A stretch of 64,000 nt of DNA from the human T2T-CHM13v2.0 reference genome, Homo sapiens. How positions within the stretch are numbered: the first letter of the stretch is position 1; every line of letters starts with the position of its first letter. Positions 42,370-57,640 of the stretch are shown in pieces. Position numbers and translations under genes: made by a program. The notes below the pieces were generated by a model. The model was given only the letters and a program-made list of their open reading frames with translations, did no database searches and was not told the origin of the DNA. The stretch lies in the NCBI RefSeq assembly GCF_009914755.1, contig NC_060926.1; one strand, given 5' to 3'.

Positions 42370-42575
42370 ATCAACAACAATAACAACATGAGAGATATTG
42401 TGCAAAGTGTTTCACCCACATTGTCTCATGTAATCCTCATAGCATCTCTGTCAGTTAGGCACACATGGTGATTTCCATTATACAGCCAAAGGTCCAGATA
42501 ACAGAGCTAAAATTTAATGGAACATCCTGGGTTTAAACTCAGGTCTCTCAGATTCTAAACACTATACTCCACCAT
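42370..42575 (-). mobile_element. MIR SINE
   Basis: attgtgcaaagtgtttcac...tctcatgtaatcctcatagca...gggtttaaactcaggtct. Confidence 0.65.
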
Positions 42576-42726
42576 CTCTGACTCATCAGAACCAGCTAAA
42601 GGCTGCCCGTGAGTGAACCTGCTCCCCTAGTTTAGTACTTTCTCCATGGTGCCATGGTGCCTCAGGCTGCCTAAACCCCACTCAAACTAGTAATACTTAA
42701 CCCACTCTCTCAGCTATAGTCTAAAT

Positions 42727-43019
42727 CAGAAGTGGGCAATACATAGTCCATGGGCCAAATTTGGCTTGCCCCATGTTTTTCTATGGCCAGTAAGCTAAAA
42801 ATCTTTCTCACCTTTTCACATGGTTGAAAAAAATCAAAATAATGCTTTTTTGTGTGACATGACAATTATATGAAATTCAAATTTCTGTGTTCATAAATAA
42901 AGTTTTCTTGGAACATGTCCATGTTCATTAATTTACATGTTGTTTATGGCTGCTTTTCTGCTACTGTGATAGAAGTGAGTAGTTGCAAGAAGTGGTATAG
43001 CCCATAAAGCTGACTTCTG
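42727..43019 (+). mobile_element. MER58B (hAT-Charlie)
   Basis: atgggccaaatttggc...tatatgaaattcaaatttctgtgttcataaataaagttt...tatggctgctttt; TSD gtctaaat / gtttaaaa (6/8). Confidence 0.85.
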
Positions 43020-44649
43020 GTTTAAAATGTAAAGGATTACTCTTTTTTTTTTTTTTTTTTCAGAATAAGAAAGGTATAGAGTCAGATGATGTTCATTTCA
43101 CATGGCATGCAGAGGAGATATAAAAGATTCAAATTTGGATCCCAGCTCTGCCATCCAGGAGCTGCAGGGATAATTGCCAGAGCTACTCAACTTTTTTGTG
43201 CTTTGGTTTGTCTTATTTGAAAAACAGAGCAATAATTCCAAACTTGCAGTTTTTGGTGAAGTTTTAATGAAGTAGTATGTACAAAACATACTGCATAAAG
43301 CAAATAGTAGGAGCCCCTTAGTAAATGAAATCTACTTGCCTGTTGATGGTGCTTCTGTTCTTTTAGCATTAATATCAGCATGTGCAGATCATAGGAAATT
43401 AGCAATCTTTCGTGATAGCTGGCAGATGTATCAAATGAAATGAAACTGCTGCAAGGTGAATGGAATGATACGATAAAAATGTACATAGTAAAATGTAGGA
43501 ATTGTTTTCCACCCGGTGAGCCTGAGTAACAATGAAGCTTTGACATGTTGATGGATTAAGCAATTGCAGTCAATGAAGTCCAATAATCCATCCACCTACA
43601 CCTCATGTAATCATTAAAGTTAATACGCAAACTTGCAAGATTGTAAGGTGAATTAGAGATACTTAGTTGAACAGTCCATTTCATCCCTGTTCTGCCATTT
43701 ACTTAGATAACCTTGATTCAGTCTTTTTAAGGAAGCAAAAATAAAGGTAATTGCTCTCTCATTCTAACAGTATGTGAGTTGTAATTCACTTGACATTTTA
43801 TCTACTCTTCAGTGATTAACACACTGACCTGAAATAATTTTCCTTTTTTAAAATCTAATAGACAAAGCAACATTTCTCTTCTCACCTCAGTACACCTTTC
43901 CAAGAAGATTGCAAAGCCAAACTCTAAGATGGTCCAAGTCAAGCCCTACCAATGAGTGTGCAGAAGACAGAATCTTCTTAAGACTGGGTATTTGAGAGAG
44001 CTTCTAAAGCTCTTAACTATACTCATTCCTTAGGTGGAGGAAAATCCTAACACCTGGCAGGAACTTTCTTTCCTTTTCTTAGTTTTATGCAACTTTGTCC
44101 TCTAATACGTACACTGAAGTAAGGAATTGACCTAGAGCTAGCCTTTGTCAAGAATGTGAAATTTGTTTCTGGTGCTCTGTTCATCACACTCTCTCACACA
44201 GTCTCTTTCCATACTATCTCAACATCTCATGCTCTCTTTCCTTAGTTGCAAAATGCTCTTGGCCAGAGATGTGTTTTAGTCATTTATACCTTAGCATTAC
44301 TTTTTTTCAAAAATTCATATCCTCTCATAGTAATTCATACAAATATACTCCCTGAAGCTTTAGGGTGTGGGGGTGGATTTTCTTTTCTTTCCTCTTTCTT
44401 TTCTTTCTCTTTTTCCCTTTTTCCCTCCATCTTTTCTCTTTTTTGGCCTATGTTTTCTCTGCAGAATGAAAAAAGAAAATCTCTCTTCTGATAATGAGAT
44501 TTCAGAAAGCAGACAGGCTAGTGTGAAATCACCCTAAAATTAAAACTTGTTTGGGTCTGTTTGTTTTATCAACTGGATGACACTGCTTGACCCACATGGA
44601 AACATTGGAAAAAGTGGAGTAGGTCCAGGAGAGGTGGAAATTAGGGTGT

Positions 44650-44790
44650 AGGGGTCATCTATATCTTTTAGTGTTCACAACAATTCAACCAAGCAGGTTG
44701 TACTAAAATGGCTTCAGAAATGAGGAACTTGAGGCTCAGAAGGGGTTAAGTAATCACTGAAAGTCACTTAGGAGCAAATGACTTATAGGA
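44650..44790 (-). mobile_element. MIR SINE
   Basis: aaatgaggaacttgaggctcagaaggggttaagtaatc. Confidence 0.65.
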
Positions 44791-46160
44791 GCTCAGGTAC
44801 ATTGGCCTTCTCCTGTGCTTATATTTACCTAATAAATCAGACTGTCTTTGTGCATGGGCACATTCTTCAGCATAATCAGGAGTAGCTGTCTAATCTGAGA
44901 CAGTGTAGCCAAAACACAGAGCTGGCCAGTTATTTTCCCTGCCTCTGCAGCTGCCTCTGGATAAGGACTGAAGACTTGAGATGTTAAGGGGAAATGTGGC
45001 AAACAGAATCAATCAGGTCTGCAAGGCTGCAACTCATTGTCCCTGAGTGAAAATCTGAAATGCAACACCAACATGTTTCAGTGTCAATATGGCAATTGGT
45101 GAACTAAAGAGATGACCACCTTCTTCAATTAAATGCAAATCATCCACAGCTTTAAGTGACAAAGGTTGAAACAGGCTTCTGTTTAAAATCCTTGCAATAA
45201 AAACACAGAGAGTATCTAAAATCCCTGAGTCCCAACTTGCCAGTTCTCAGGGGAAGCAGTAACTGAACAATTACTTCAGGCTTCCCTCACTGTTGCTCTA
45301 ATGGAGTCAGTCACAGTGGGTTGGGAAAACAAAACAAAACAAAACAGTAGACTGTGAGTCAAAAGGCCCGATTTCTACTTTTGGCTCCATCTCAACTCAT
45401 CACGAGAGTTTGGAAAATCCTCTTTACTCTTCAGACACCAGATTCCTAATTTGCAAAAGAAAGAGAGAGTAGGATGGTGTCTAAATTCTTGGCCAACTCT
45501 AGGAGTCTACTTCCTGTTAAAATAGTTAAGTAAATTTCTAACTTATTAATCACATTTTTTTCCAGTTGTGTAAAAGATTATCCTGTATTTCTCCCTCTCT
45601 CTGTGTCTTTCCTATCTTTCTTTCTTTCTTCACACCTTTTCTCTTCTCTACCACCTCCTTTTTACACCCAAAAGCAGAATCTCAGTTCAGGAATTATTTG
45701 CTGCTGCCTTCAAAACGACAAAGACTATGGCCTTTTAGATTCAGTGTCCTCGGGAGACATACCTTGTGTATTCTGCTTAGATCAAAGCTGCCTTTCTGCC
45801 TCCAATTCTGGGTCTCCTAAGTTTCTACTTTGCCTTCATTTTCCTTTTCTGGTTCCACTAAAGAGAGTATGAAACCCAAGAGCAAATGCATTGAAAAGAC
45901 AAAACTTTTCCCTTTGCCTTTGGATTCCGGTTCTCTGACACTGCCGTTCTCTGACAAATGCTGATACAAACTCTCATCTAAGATTCTTGGAAAGCCACAG
46001 GCAGGAGGGTTGGGCTGGGGAGTTAGTTGTTTTATTCAGGACTTCGGTCAAGGGGCAGAAATATTTCAGTCTAACAGATATCAGCCTAATGTAAAAATAA
46101 TAATAGTACGCAATGCACAAATGCCAGCCATGCAGTTGTTCCCCCTCCCTCTGATACTCA

Positions 46161-46373
<213 letters not shown>

Positions 46374-49155
46374 TCAGAAGCTCCACACAGTGCCCTTATG
46401 AGAAGAGATCTGACTTGAGAACTGGTAGGGTCATGTGACCCACCAAGGGATGCTTTTTTTTTTTTTTGTTACTTCCAGGCAAGATAAGCTACTCTGTTTT
46501 CCTTCAAGATTGGGTTTCTTACACCCTGACCTAAGGCACACAGCAAATAGAACCATTAGGCATGTCTGGAATAGTTTGCATTATTTCATTGCAAAAGTCT
46601 CCTTGCTGTTCACCATTCTCTTCTCAACAGAGTGACATGATTGACTTTCTCCAAAAAAGACACAACCCACAATATGACACATCACTAAGAGGGGTACTAA
46701 TAAGTGAAGGGCTGGGACCTTCAGTCTTCAGCATCAATTTCTTCAACCAGCCCACCTGAGAGAAAACCAGCCCTTCTGGGTTGCATTCAATGATCCTCTT
46801 TTTTTGCTGTAATTATGCCAAAAATGGCACTATTCAGAAACAGGCAGGTGGGTTAGCAAACCTTAGGCAGATTTCCGTAGGTGGGAGGTACTTCTGATAG
46901 GGTTATCTGTAGCGATAATTGACTGAACTGAGTGATCTAAGAAATGTGCTATGTTTCCAGTGGGGATTTAGTAAATGCCAGCACATCCACCCCCTCGTGC
47001 ATATCCTGCCTGCCTTCTCGCATTTCCAGGCTCTGAAGATTGCCCTTGCCTTTTGGCAATTGGCATAAATGAATTTATTTAATCTACGCTTTTAACTTAC
47101 TTTTAAAAGTTCCCTGAGGTGACAGCCCAGCACTTTTGTTGGCATTCCCCTCCTCGATGGTGAGGGATCTGAGGAACGTTTGGCAACACTTTTAGAAAAG
47201 TGGCTTTCTACTTTCAATTGTAGAATCTATGAAGATTAAAAGGCAGAATATTCTCTAAGATCCTGCCCACAACTTATTACCTGCTAAAATTAGTTTCAAT
47301 ACTATCTTTAGATAATTAGTTGCATAAAATTGAGCTTCATGAAAATGTTAAAAATACCTACTTATCCCACCCCTCCTTCCCTCTCCCCTGCCTTACCAAG
47401 GAAAACCATGTAAAGAATGATTAAATTATTAAGAAAAAAACAGAAGCAAGTGATTTGGGGGGGCAAAGTTGATCCCTAGATTTTTCTGGGAGCAACTGGT
47501 TTATTCTAATTCTGGAATTGGCAGACAAAGGCAGTATCTATATGGACTTCATATTTTTAACAAATTGGCTAACATGAATGGTTAAATTAGTTTGTTCAAC
47601 AACTGATCCAAGGAATTATAGTCTTTCAGATGTAGAAGGAAGTTAATTCAATCAACCAACTAATGCTTAAGTTTAAGTATTCATATTAATTTAAACGGAT
47701 TTTCTCATCTGTACTTGAATAACTCCAGTGACAAGAAACTCACTACCAATTAAACCTTTTACCCAATTCCTCTGCCCTATAAGTCCCCTTCTAGCTTTTG
47801 GAGAGCTCTGTAATTAGTCTTAGTATAATAAGCAGAAATCTTTTTAAAATTGAGATTTTTATTTTAAATGCTATGTCGTATTCACAACTTATAGGTAACA
47901 TAAATGTAATTTATTAAGCATAATAATGCAACAAACAATTGCGGGCTGGAGAATAAAGGACATAGCCAGTCCTGTTGCATCTACTTAGTTGATTTTCCTT
48001 TATTACCTTCTTGTGTTCCTATGCCCAAGGTGACCATTAATCTGAATTTTGTGGTTATTATTTCATTTGTTTTGTAAAATTAATCTTGTCACAAAATGTA
48101 TCTCCAAGGAATATATTATTTAATTTCTTGCGTGTTTTTACATTTTTACAAAGTCTATCAGTCTTTTAGTAGTATTTTGCTGCTTACTATTTTACACTAA
48201 CTAGACATTTTAAAGAAATAACCATGTTGTTATGTGTACCTGCAGTTTATTAATTTTGTACCTGTTAGGTATACCTGTAGTTTATTAATATTATACTACT
48301 GTATGATATTCCATTGCATAAATATACCATAATTTATGTTTTCATTCTCCTGTAATTTTTAAAATCCTGAGGTTGTGAAAATATTATTTTATATCTTCTC
48401 TAAAATTTTTTAGTTTTGCTCTGTACATTTTGGCCTTTGATCTATTTGGCATTGAGATTTATGGGTGTGAGTAAAGGACTCAATTTGTTTTTTATCTGAT
48501 GGCATAATGGTTTTATCCACATGGATAAACATTTGTCCCAAAACCATTTATTGAATGGTCCCTCTTTTCTTTTCTCACTTGTAAAACTACCTTTCTCATA
48601 TCTCAAGTAACTATTTTGCATGGGTTTGTGTCTAAGCTTTTTTATATTCCACTATTCTTTTTTCTACATTACACCAATGTTATACTGTCTTAATTACTAC
48701 AACTTTAAAGTAAGCCTTGATATACAGTAAGAAAACACTTCTATCTTATTTCCTATAGGAGTATCTTGCCTATTTTGGACCTATGAATAAATTTTAGAAT
48801 CAGATTATTACACTCCTTGAAAATACCCTGGTATAATTTTGTTTGGAATTATATTGATTATATAGATTAATTTGGGCAGAAATTATCACCTTTAAGATAA
48901 CAAGTCTTCTTATCCATGAATATGGTATAGCACCATGTTATTTAAGCCCTTCTTTGATGTCTTTAAATAAAGCTTTATACTTTCTTCCATATATGTCCTA
49001 ATATCTTAAATGTGTTTCCTGATGACATCCTGTTTTATGCTGTTATAAATGAAATCAATATTTAAAGTCACATTTTATGTTTGTTGTCATACTGTAAAAA
49101 TGCAGTTAATTTTGGAATATTTATCTTATATCTAAATTACCTTATTACATTTTCT

Positions 49156-49457
49156 TTTTTTTTTTTTTTTTTTTTGAGACAGACTCTTGCTCTGTCACCC
49201 AGGCTGGAGTGCAGTGGCTCGATATTGGCTCACTGCAAGCTCTGCCTCCTAGGTTCATGCCATTCTCCTGCCTCAGCCTCCTGAGTAGCTGGAACTACAG
49301 GTGCCCGCCACCAAGCCTGGCTAATTTTTTGTATTTTTTAGTAGAGGCGGGGCTTCACCGTGTTAGCCAGGATGGTCTCGATCTCCTGACCTCATGATCC
49401 ACCTGCCTCGGCCTCCCAAAGTGCTGGGATTACAGGCGTGAGCCACCATGCCCAGCC
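49156..49457 (-). mobile_element. AluY
   Basis: ctgcaagctc, gttcatgccattc, gttagccaggatggtctcgatctc; 15-bp TSD cttattacattttct at 49141-49155 and 49459-49473. Confidence 0.95.
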
Positions 49458-49647
49458 ACTTATTACATTTTCTATGCAAACAATTATCCATATCTAAATA
49501 ATTCTGTGTATGTGTGTGTGTATGTGTAGAGAGTTTCTTTCTTTTCAATTCCTTCCTCCCTTCCTCCTTTTCTTCCCTGACTCCAACTTCCTTTTCTTCT
49601 CTCTCTCCTTCTTCCTCTCTTTCTACTCTTTCTTTACAATAATAATT

Positions 49648-49965
<318 letters not shown>

Positions 49966-52165
49966 TAAACTACACATTTCCTAATACTTTATTTAGAAAT
50001 TTTGCATCTATGTTCATAAGTTATTTGTAACTTAATTATGAGTAATTTTTAGTGCATAATTAATTCCTAAGTTTTCTTTCTCATGTTGTCCTTGTATAGT
50101 TTGGTGGCATTGTTACGTTTGCCTTATAGTCTGAATTGGGGTATAATCCCCCTCATTTTATTCTTAGGGAAAAAAAAACTGTTTCAGATTAAAGTAATCT
50201 ATTCCTTTAAAGTATGCCTGTATTTGCCTAAAAAACCATTTGAGCCTCGGTTTATATTTGTGTGTATATATGTGTGTCTGTGTGCATGTTTGTGTGTGTC
50301 AGTGTATGTATGAAAATTTAAACATATTGATTCAACTTCTTTAATTGTTATTAGATGATTCAGGCTTTCTATTTCTTCTTAAATTTATTAAATTATATTT
50401 TTTCTAGGAATTTTTTATTTTAGTTAAGTTTTAAAATTTACTGTCACAAAGATTTTTAGTATTCTCTTTTTAAATCTATTCTAAACAATTTCTAGTCTTG
50501 TTTATTTCTGTCTAGTTTCTTTTCATTAATCAACCTTTCCAAAATTCTCTTTATTTTTCTTGTTCTTTCAAAGAACGAACTTTTGCCTTTACCCTTTGCT
50601 GATCCAATTCTATCTTTATGTTTTGTTTCCATGATTTTTGCGCTTATTTTTTCCTTTTTTGTTGTTCCTTTCTAAAACGTTTTATTTATATGTCAGATTA
50701 TTAGTTTTCAGCCTTTCTTCCTTTCTAATAATATACTAAAGCTGTAAATTTTTCTGTGATTTCTGCCTTGGCCCTCTTCTACAAGTATTGATAGGTAGAT
50801 CTTTCATTACAATTTATTTTTAAATATTTCTCAATTTCCCATTACAATTTCTTCTTTGGCACATAGATAATTGAGAGGTGTGGTTTTGAAACTTACAAAC
50901 TTCAGAAATATTTAAATTTATCTTTTTTTGTTACTGACCTCCAACTTAATTGCATAATGGTCAGAGAATGTTGTCTGTGTTGATTGTATTTTTCCCCCAA
51001 ACATGTTGAGATGTGTTTTATGGCTTAGGACACAAGTTAATTTTTACAAATACTTAATGTGAGTTTGAGAAGAATCAACATTCTCTGTTTACTTGTTTCC
51101 AGGTTCTATTTTTGCCCCATAAATTCAGCTTATTTTCCTAAAATCTATATATTTACTAACATTTTAAGTTTTACTTAAACTAATTGAAGTATTTCTGTTG
51201 AAATTTCACATGATTCGGATGATCCAAGTCTCTACAGTTCTGTCAGTTTTAGTTTTTCTTTATATATTTCAAGGCTATTTTCTTTGGGCCATGAACATTT
51301 AGAATGGTATACCTGGTGAATTAAACCTTCTATCTTTTGTCACATCTTACTTTACTCATAATACTGCCTTTTATCTTGAAGTCTATTTTATGTGATACTA
51401 ATATAGATATACCAGCTTTTTCTACCTTTGTACTTTCAACCTTTCTGTGTCTTTATGTTCTAGGCATGTCTTTCATAATCACCTAACTGAATTTTGTGTT
51501 TTAATCCATTTCTACAATCTCATTCTTTTAACAGGTGAGCTTAGTCATTTACATTTTATTGCTCTATATAATATTGATCTATATAAATGCTTGTTTTTCT
51601 ACTATGCAACATGCTTTCTATTTGTTCTAGTTTTACATGCTTTTTTTTCCTTTTATGCTTTTTGTTTTATTTGTTGAGTTTTTGTGTGCTGTTTTTTTAA
51701 ATTGCTTTTTGTTTTCTTGTTTTATTTTGTTTCATTTACTCTTTTGCAAGTTTTATACTTTCTTTATAAATGTTTATGGTTAATCTCAAATTTTTATCTT
51801 TGACATTATGCTTTTACTGTATACTTATACCTTTTACTTAATGCAGTTTAATTTTATCAGTATTCTAACTCCCCTTCTAATAAATACATAAACTTTACAT
51901 TGTTAAGGTTATTTGCTGGTTAGGTAACATGCATTCATTGTTGTCTAGGATCTTAGTTTTGCAGTATTATATACCCTCATTATTTTATACCTTCAATATT
52001 TGCTTAGATTCCTTGCCACTCTGCACCGTGTCACTAGAGCTCCTAGGGGTTTATTTTCCTTTGCCTTTGCAGATACTGTATTGCAAAGCCTTGAGAAGCA
52101 TTGTGTATAACCAAGTATAATCTCATTCCAAAAAAAGGACCCAAGTAATTGAAGACAGCTAACTT

Positions 52166-52370
52166 CACAGATATGCTAGTAAATGCTCAACAACCAGCTC
52201 TCCAGAAAAAAAAAAAAAAACTCATTTGTAGCATTCGTTAATTTCCATGGTGTAACCTCTCCCTCTGCAGCTTATATCAAGCTACCCATGTGATGCCAAC
52301 CAGCCTGCAAAATTCCCATTTAGCAATCTGTTCTTGTGAGCTGGTAGGAGCTGGTTCCAGCACATCACCA
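52166..52370 (+). mobile_element. MER63-like (hAT-Blackjack)
   Basis: gctagtaaatgctcaacaaccagctctc...atttgtagcatt...aatttccatggtgtaa...gagctggttccagcacatcacc; TSD gctaactt / gctatttt (6/8). Confidence 0.75.
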
Positions 52371-53698
52371 GCTATTTTGTACTTTTTGAATCATCTTTTT
52401 TACTTGTTGAGGCAATCTCCAATTCCTTCAGCCATTCCTTATCTGACATAGTTTTAAATGTGCTGCATTTTGTCTGGATTTTCATTCTAGAATAACCTCC
52501 AACCTCAGTTGCTTTACCTCAGGGACTAGAACTTACAGTGTTGTTCTGGGTTGTTTAACTCTATCTTAAGTTATATGAGCTTTATGAGAGTCTGGCCAGA
52601 CAGAAAGTGTTTTAGGGCGTGAATATATACGGCCTGCTCTCTGAAGCAGCTATCTGGAGTTGCATTCTTCTTCCAGAGTGAGGAGAAAGGCTACTCATAC
52701 TAGAATTAGAGAATTGGGCATAGCAGTTGTGGCAACAACGTTTGGCTGCAGTATTAGATGCAAAAGGGGGAAAAAATAACTCCTCTGATATAAAAGGGAA
52801 TCATGTATAGAAAACGAGGCTTTAACATCTTAGCAGGAGATTAGTGGTGATAAACTGGAATTAAATGCCTTATTACTAAGTGTTCATCCCTTAAAAATTA
52901 TGTGGAATACAGAACCTTTTTCTACCTCTGTAAATCTCCCACCTGACCACCTTTATTCTTTTAAACTTATCACTAGCACTCCTTGCGTGTCCTCACGGTT
53001 ATTCTACTTTATGAAGAACTTTCTTTTGAGGTTATTTTCTAGTTATTCCTTATTTCAGAGGACCCTTTGCATTTGGCACTGCCTTCAGGTTGCTCAGACT
53101 TCCATAGGGATTAAGAACTATGCAAACATTAGGTAGTGATGATTATGATGGTTATGATTATGATTCACATCTTAGGAATCTATCTGTTAGGAATTGTATT
53201 GGAAAGTCAAGGTCCATTTTAACTTCATGATTTTATAACTTAAAGTTTCCTAAATCTCAAAGATCTCAAATCTCAACAATGAGGCAGTAGCACATTTTTA
53301 CACCACAAGGCTAGAGGACTAAATAGATCTTTCAGGCAGATTTTATTTCTTGGACTTTCATGGTTTCATGGAACTGTATATAATTCTTAATCAGAGAAGA
53401 TTTGTCACCGGTTAGATAATTGAACTGGTTTATAAACAAATCTGTGAAATTAATTTCCGGGTCAATTTTTTTTTTTCCTTTTTAGGGTAGTCATGTGAAG
53501 GTAAGGTCTCTGGGGTCAATTGGAAAACACCTGTGTATCTATTTGGCTGGAAAGAAAGCCATCCTAACAGTGGTGAAAGTTGCTATATAAAAAATAAAAT
53601 CTTACAAGTAGGAGTGTAGAATGAGTTGAGGTAGGAACATTTGTACTGATGACTTTTCTGTCAAAAGGAAACTTAATCTAAAGAATATAAGATGATGT

Positions 53699-54001
<303 letters not shown>

Positions 54002-54011
54002 TTATGTATTG

Positions 54012-54470
54012 AAACAGTTAGATTTTTATACTTAACAAACAACACCAAATCATCATGTCTGAAAACAACCAGTATTCATTTTATTTGTGATTCTGGGGGC
54101 CAGCAGTTTGGTCTGGGTTCAGTTGAGCAGTTTTAGACTTGACTGGGATTAGCTATTGAGTCAGCTGGGATCTGGCTGGTGCCAGATGACTTCACCCGGG
54201 ATAACTTAGCTGTGCTTCACATTCCCCAGCAGACTGCCTTGGTGGTATTCATCTGATGGCATTCCAAGAGGCTCAGAACTGCCATACCATACATAATTTT
54301 GCTGTGGTCTATTGGTCATACCAAGTCACAAAGTCCAGACCAGATTCAAGGAGTCAACCAGATTCTGTTGACCCCACCTCTTGAGGAGAGAAACACAATG
54401 TCACATTGCAAAGTGGTGTGCAAACAAAGGTAGAAATAAAGACAGCCACTTCTGCCAACAATTTACCACA
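54012..54470 (-). mobile_element. MLT1 (G/H-like) MaLR solo LTR
   Basis: taacaaacaacaccaaa...tctattggtcataccaagtcacaaagtccagaccagattcaagg...gtcacattgcaaag...atttaccaca. Confidence 0.75.
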
Positions 54471-55479
54471 GGTACCCAAGCACTTAGAGGACATCCTTGT
54501 CCATGCTTGGTAATACTTGCTTTCTTTATTATTGTTTTTCAAAGTACAAGTTAGGCCAACCAATAGAGAGACTGACAACAATGATGTTGAAGACTCATCT
54601 TTAGCCTTTAGAAATTTGTTCAATTACTGACTAAGCATGTTGCTGTCCCAAGAGGGAAAATAATGTAGGTTGGTCTTTTTAAAAATCTGTCGTTATGACG
54701 GGACCAAAGACATTTATTCGCCATTCAGAAATTCTTATTTGGTAGGTTTATATTTATTTTAAAAAACAAATTCCTTTTCTATTTAACACATTATCCTTTA
54801 TTTTTGATTGTTTCTGTGAATGTAGTGTAGGCATACTATAATATTATAGGCTTTAAAATGTATACTATGAGATTTATGGCAGGAATAAAAATTCCTTGTA
54901 ATATGGTGAGACCATAAAGATGTAGCTTGTGAATTTTTAGTACAACATGATCATCTTTGAATACTAAATATTTCCAGTTAGCATCCTTAAATTCGCATTA
55001 TTATTAATATTAGAACCTTGCTCTTTTACACATTAAGCTTTCATATTTTATTGCTTTATCATATAATTTATATATTATACCATATAAATTATACCACATA
55101 ATGTAAATTTTTATATTATGCCGTATAATACAAATTAAGGATAGAGCATATAGATAGAATTAGATGGGATTATGTAAATGTACCAGGATATTATATAGGA
55201 GGCTAGCATACCAGCTCTACAACCAGCCACACCTGGCCTGTTGGGGCATGGCACACCTTTAGCTTACTGAGACAGGACAGTCATGTAAGCCATAATGTTA
55301 ATGAACCCTCTTGGGCTGAGCAGTGCACGACCTACACAATTGCACCTGGCTGTCTGCTGGTGATGAGTGCTGGACCTGTGGAGGGTAAGCTCACTGGATA
55401 CTGGCAGTGGAGGCTGAGGAGAGGCACTTGACAGAGTACTCAGAGTGTTGGGAGGAGGTCAACAACCAGCAAAGGAAGG

Positions 55480-55655
55480 AACAGTATGCTGGAGTTGGAG
55501 ATCTGGGCTCCAGTCATAGCTTTGTCATTATTGTAGAATCTCAGGACATTGCAATTATCTGGAGGTGTATTTCTTCTTCTCCAAAATGGGGGTGTGAACA
55601 CTTACAGGGTTCTCACGAAGACAAAATGAGAGAAGCATGTGGAAATACTGTAAGA
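55480..55655 (+). mobile_element. MIR SINE, degenerate
   Basis: ggagttggagatctgggctccagtc...aaaatgggg...acagggtt...aaatgagagaagcatgtggaaatact. Confidence 0.6.
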
Positions 55656-57419
55656 GAGACTGGTGTGAATGTATGATAATATTCTCCTCACAGCTGTTGT
55701 CATGAAAGGGAGAAGTAGACTGCTCATCACTGCAAAAGTGGGCCTTTTTCATGGCAATTTTTCAGTTCGCTTACATGGTGAAGGGGTGTACAGACAACTC
55801 TGACTATATGGATATTTGGACCTCCACGCCACTGACCATGCCTGAGCTGTCTGCCACAATTCTGCCATTGGCAACACATACCTTCACTCACCTGCACTTC
55901 CCCTTTTGAACCCATTCTCCCACTCAGGACTTGAGGAGGTCAGGGCTGACCTGTTGCCGGCAGAGTGAAGATTCGCCTTCTTTGACTTGTCCTTGACCAC
56001 TTTGGATAACAAGTGAAGTGTATGGGCCAATTTACACAACAAAAATGTTACTGTGAAAACTTATCACAGGTGGGGGAAAAATGTAATTGTAAGCTTGTTG
56101 GGGAATTTAGTGCTGCTTTTAGATGAACAAAGTGGATTCTGAAATTCTCGTATTAGTTTAATTTTTTGTAGAGAGAAGTCTTGGTCTCTTTTAAAAATAA
56201 AATGGAGTAAATTTGCATCACATTTTAGTTGTAGCAAATGATCTATAGGTGACTGTTTTTATCCCCACATGTCTAGATTTCAGAGTAAGCAGAAATTGAA
56301 GGGGGGCATGTTTGGGAATTGGGGTACACTAATATGGAAATCATATGTCTTATGTTTTGACATAAGGAGCCAGTGGGAAAATGGGGAGCAGTAGTTCCAG
56401 ATTTGACCAGGGAGAGTTTTCTAAAAATCTCAGGGCAGATAAATGTTCTCAGGAATACTTATGGTAAGACCAGTATTAATATAAATCTATACCCAATAGC
56501 TGCAAAAGAAGTCTGGCCCTAGGAGTTGATGTGTGTCAGTCTAGGATACTGCCCCTTCCCTTGGAAAACTCAAACATTTAGCCATGATAACATGACTGAA
56601 TCATATAACATTCTTTATTTCACAGGCATATAATCAAATTAAAGTGTAGCAGCATACTTAGTAGCTAACTATGTATGCTGTGGTGCTTGAGGAAACACTG
56701 ATTTTAAGCTGAGCTGGCAGTGAAGATAAATAGATTTGGCAATTTTCTAGCTGATCTGGTTCTTGCACTCACTTAAGCCTCTCAATCAAACTCCTAGTTA
56801 AACAAAATATTTTAAATATGTATATATATGCAGCATATACACATATTCAACACATAACAACATCTCAGGGTAGGGTCATTGTTTATGAAAGCAGGAGTGT
56901 CAGTTGTCAGCAACACAGCACTGCAAGCTGAAAATCCAAGGCCTATTTTCTATTTTTATACTTTGGAATGAAGAAAAATAATACTGTGTTTCCATTATTT
57001 ATGAACACGGTTAAAAAAAGAGAGAAGCAGCGAAATTTCACTGCTTTCAAAGAATAATTTATTTTTATTCCACACGGGGCCTCTAACCTTTCCTCATAAT
57101 CTCCCCTTCCCTGTGGGTACCTCAGGCAACCCTGGTGGTGTGAAATCTTGGCTCCTGCTGGGGAAGGGGAAAGAGAGCTGGTGGGCTCTGGCTGGGAGTG
57201 TTCACTGAGCTTGGGAGGCAACCGATTAATTGATCAGAAATGTATTGAAGGGTTGCAGGCACAGCTGAGGTATAAAATGGAGACTTTGTCCTCAAGGAAT
57301 TTACTGACTCACAGGAGAGTTGAGAGCAATGTGTATAAAAAGAGGAGCCCATTTATAAGATATGGAGAGTCACATACCTAAATTCTTCAGAATTCAGATT
57401 TAGGCTATGAAACAGCTTC

Positions 57420-57640
57420 TACTTATTTTGTGCTAATTTTGTGCTAGACATCAGGCTAAATATCTTACATAATCTCTGATCCTCATACCAACCCTACAAC
57501 GCAGCTCTGATTATTCTCATTTTATGGACGGAAAGGGTGAGGCTTAGAGAGATGAAGTGAATGTGCCCTAGTTCACACAGCTGGTAAGTGATAAGCCCAG
57601 GCTTCAAACACAGGTGTGATGGTTTTCAAGCCAGCACCCA
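57420..57640 (-). mobile_element. MIR SINE
   Basis: gatcctcataccaaccct...tctcattttatggacggaaagggtgaggcttagagag...cacacagctggtaagtg. Confidence 0.8.

Noticed and set aside
46522-46768. Possible minus-strand exon (acceptor ggttttctctcag near 46756)
   Set aside because: Short pyrimidine tract, weak donor, stops in the frames checked, no partner exons.
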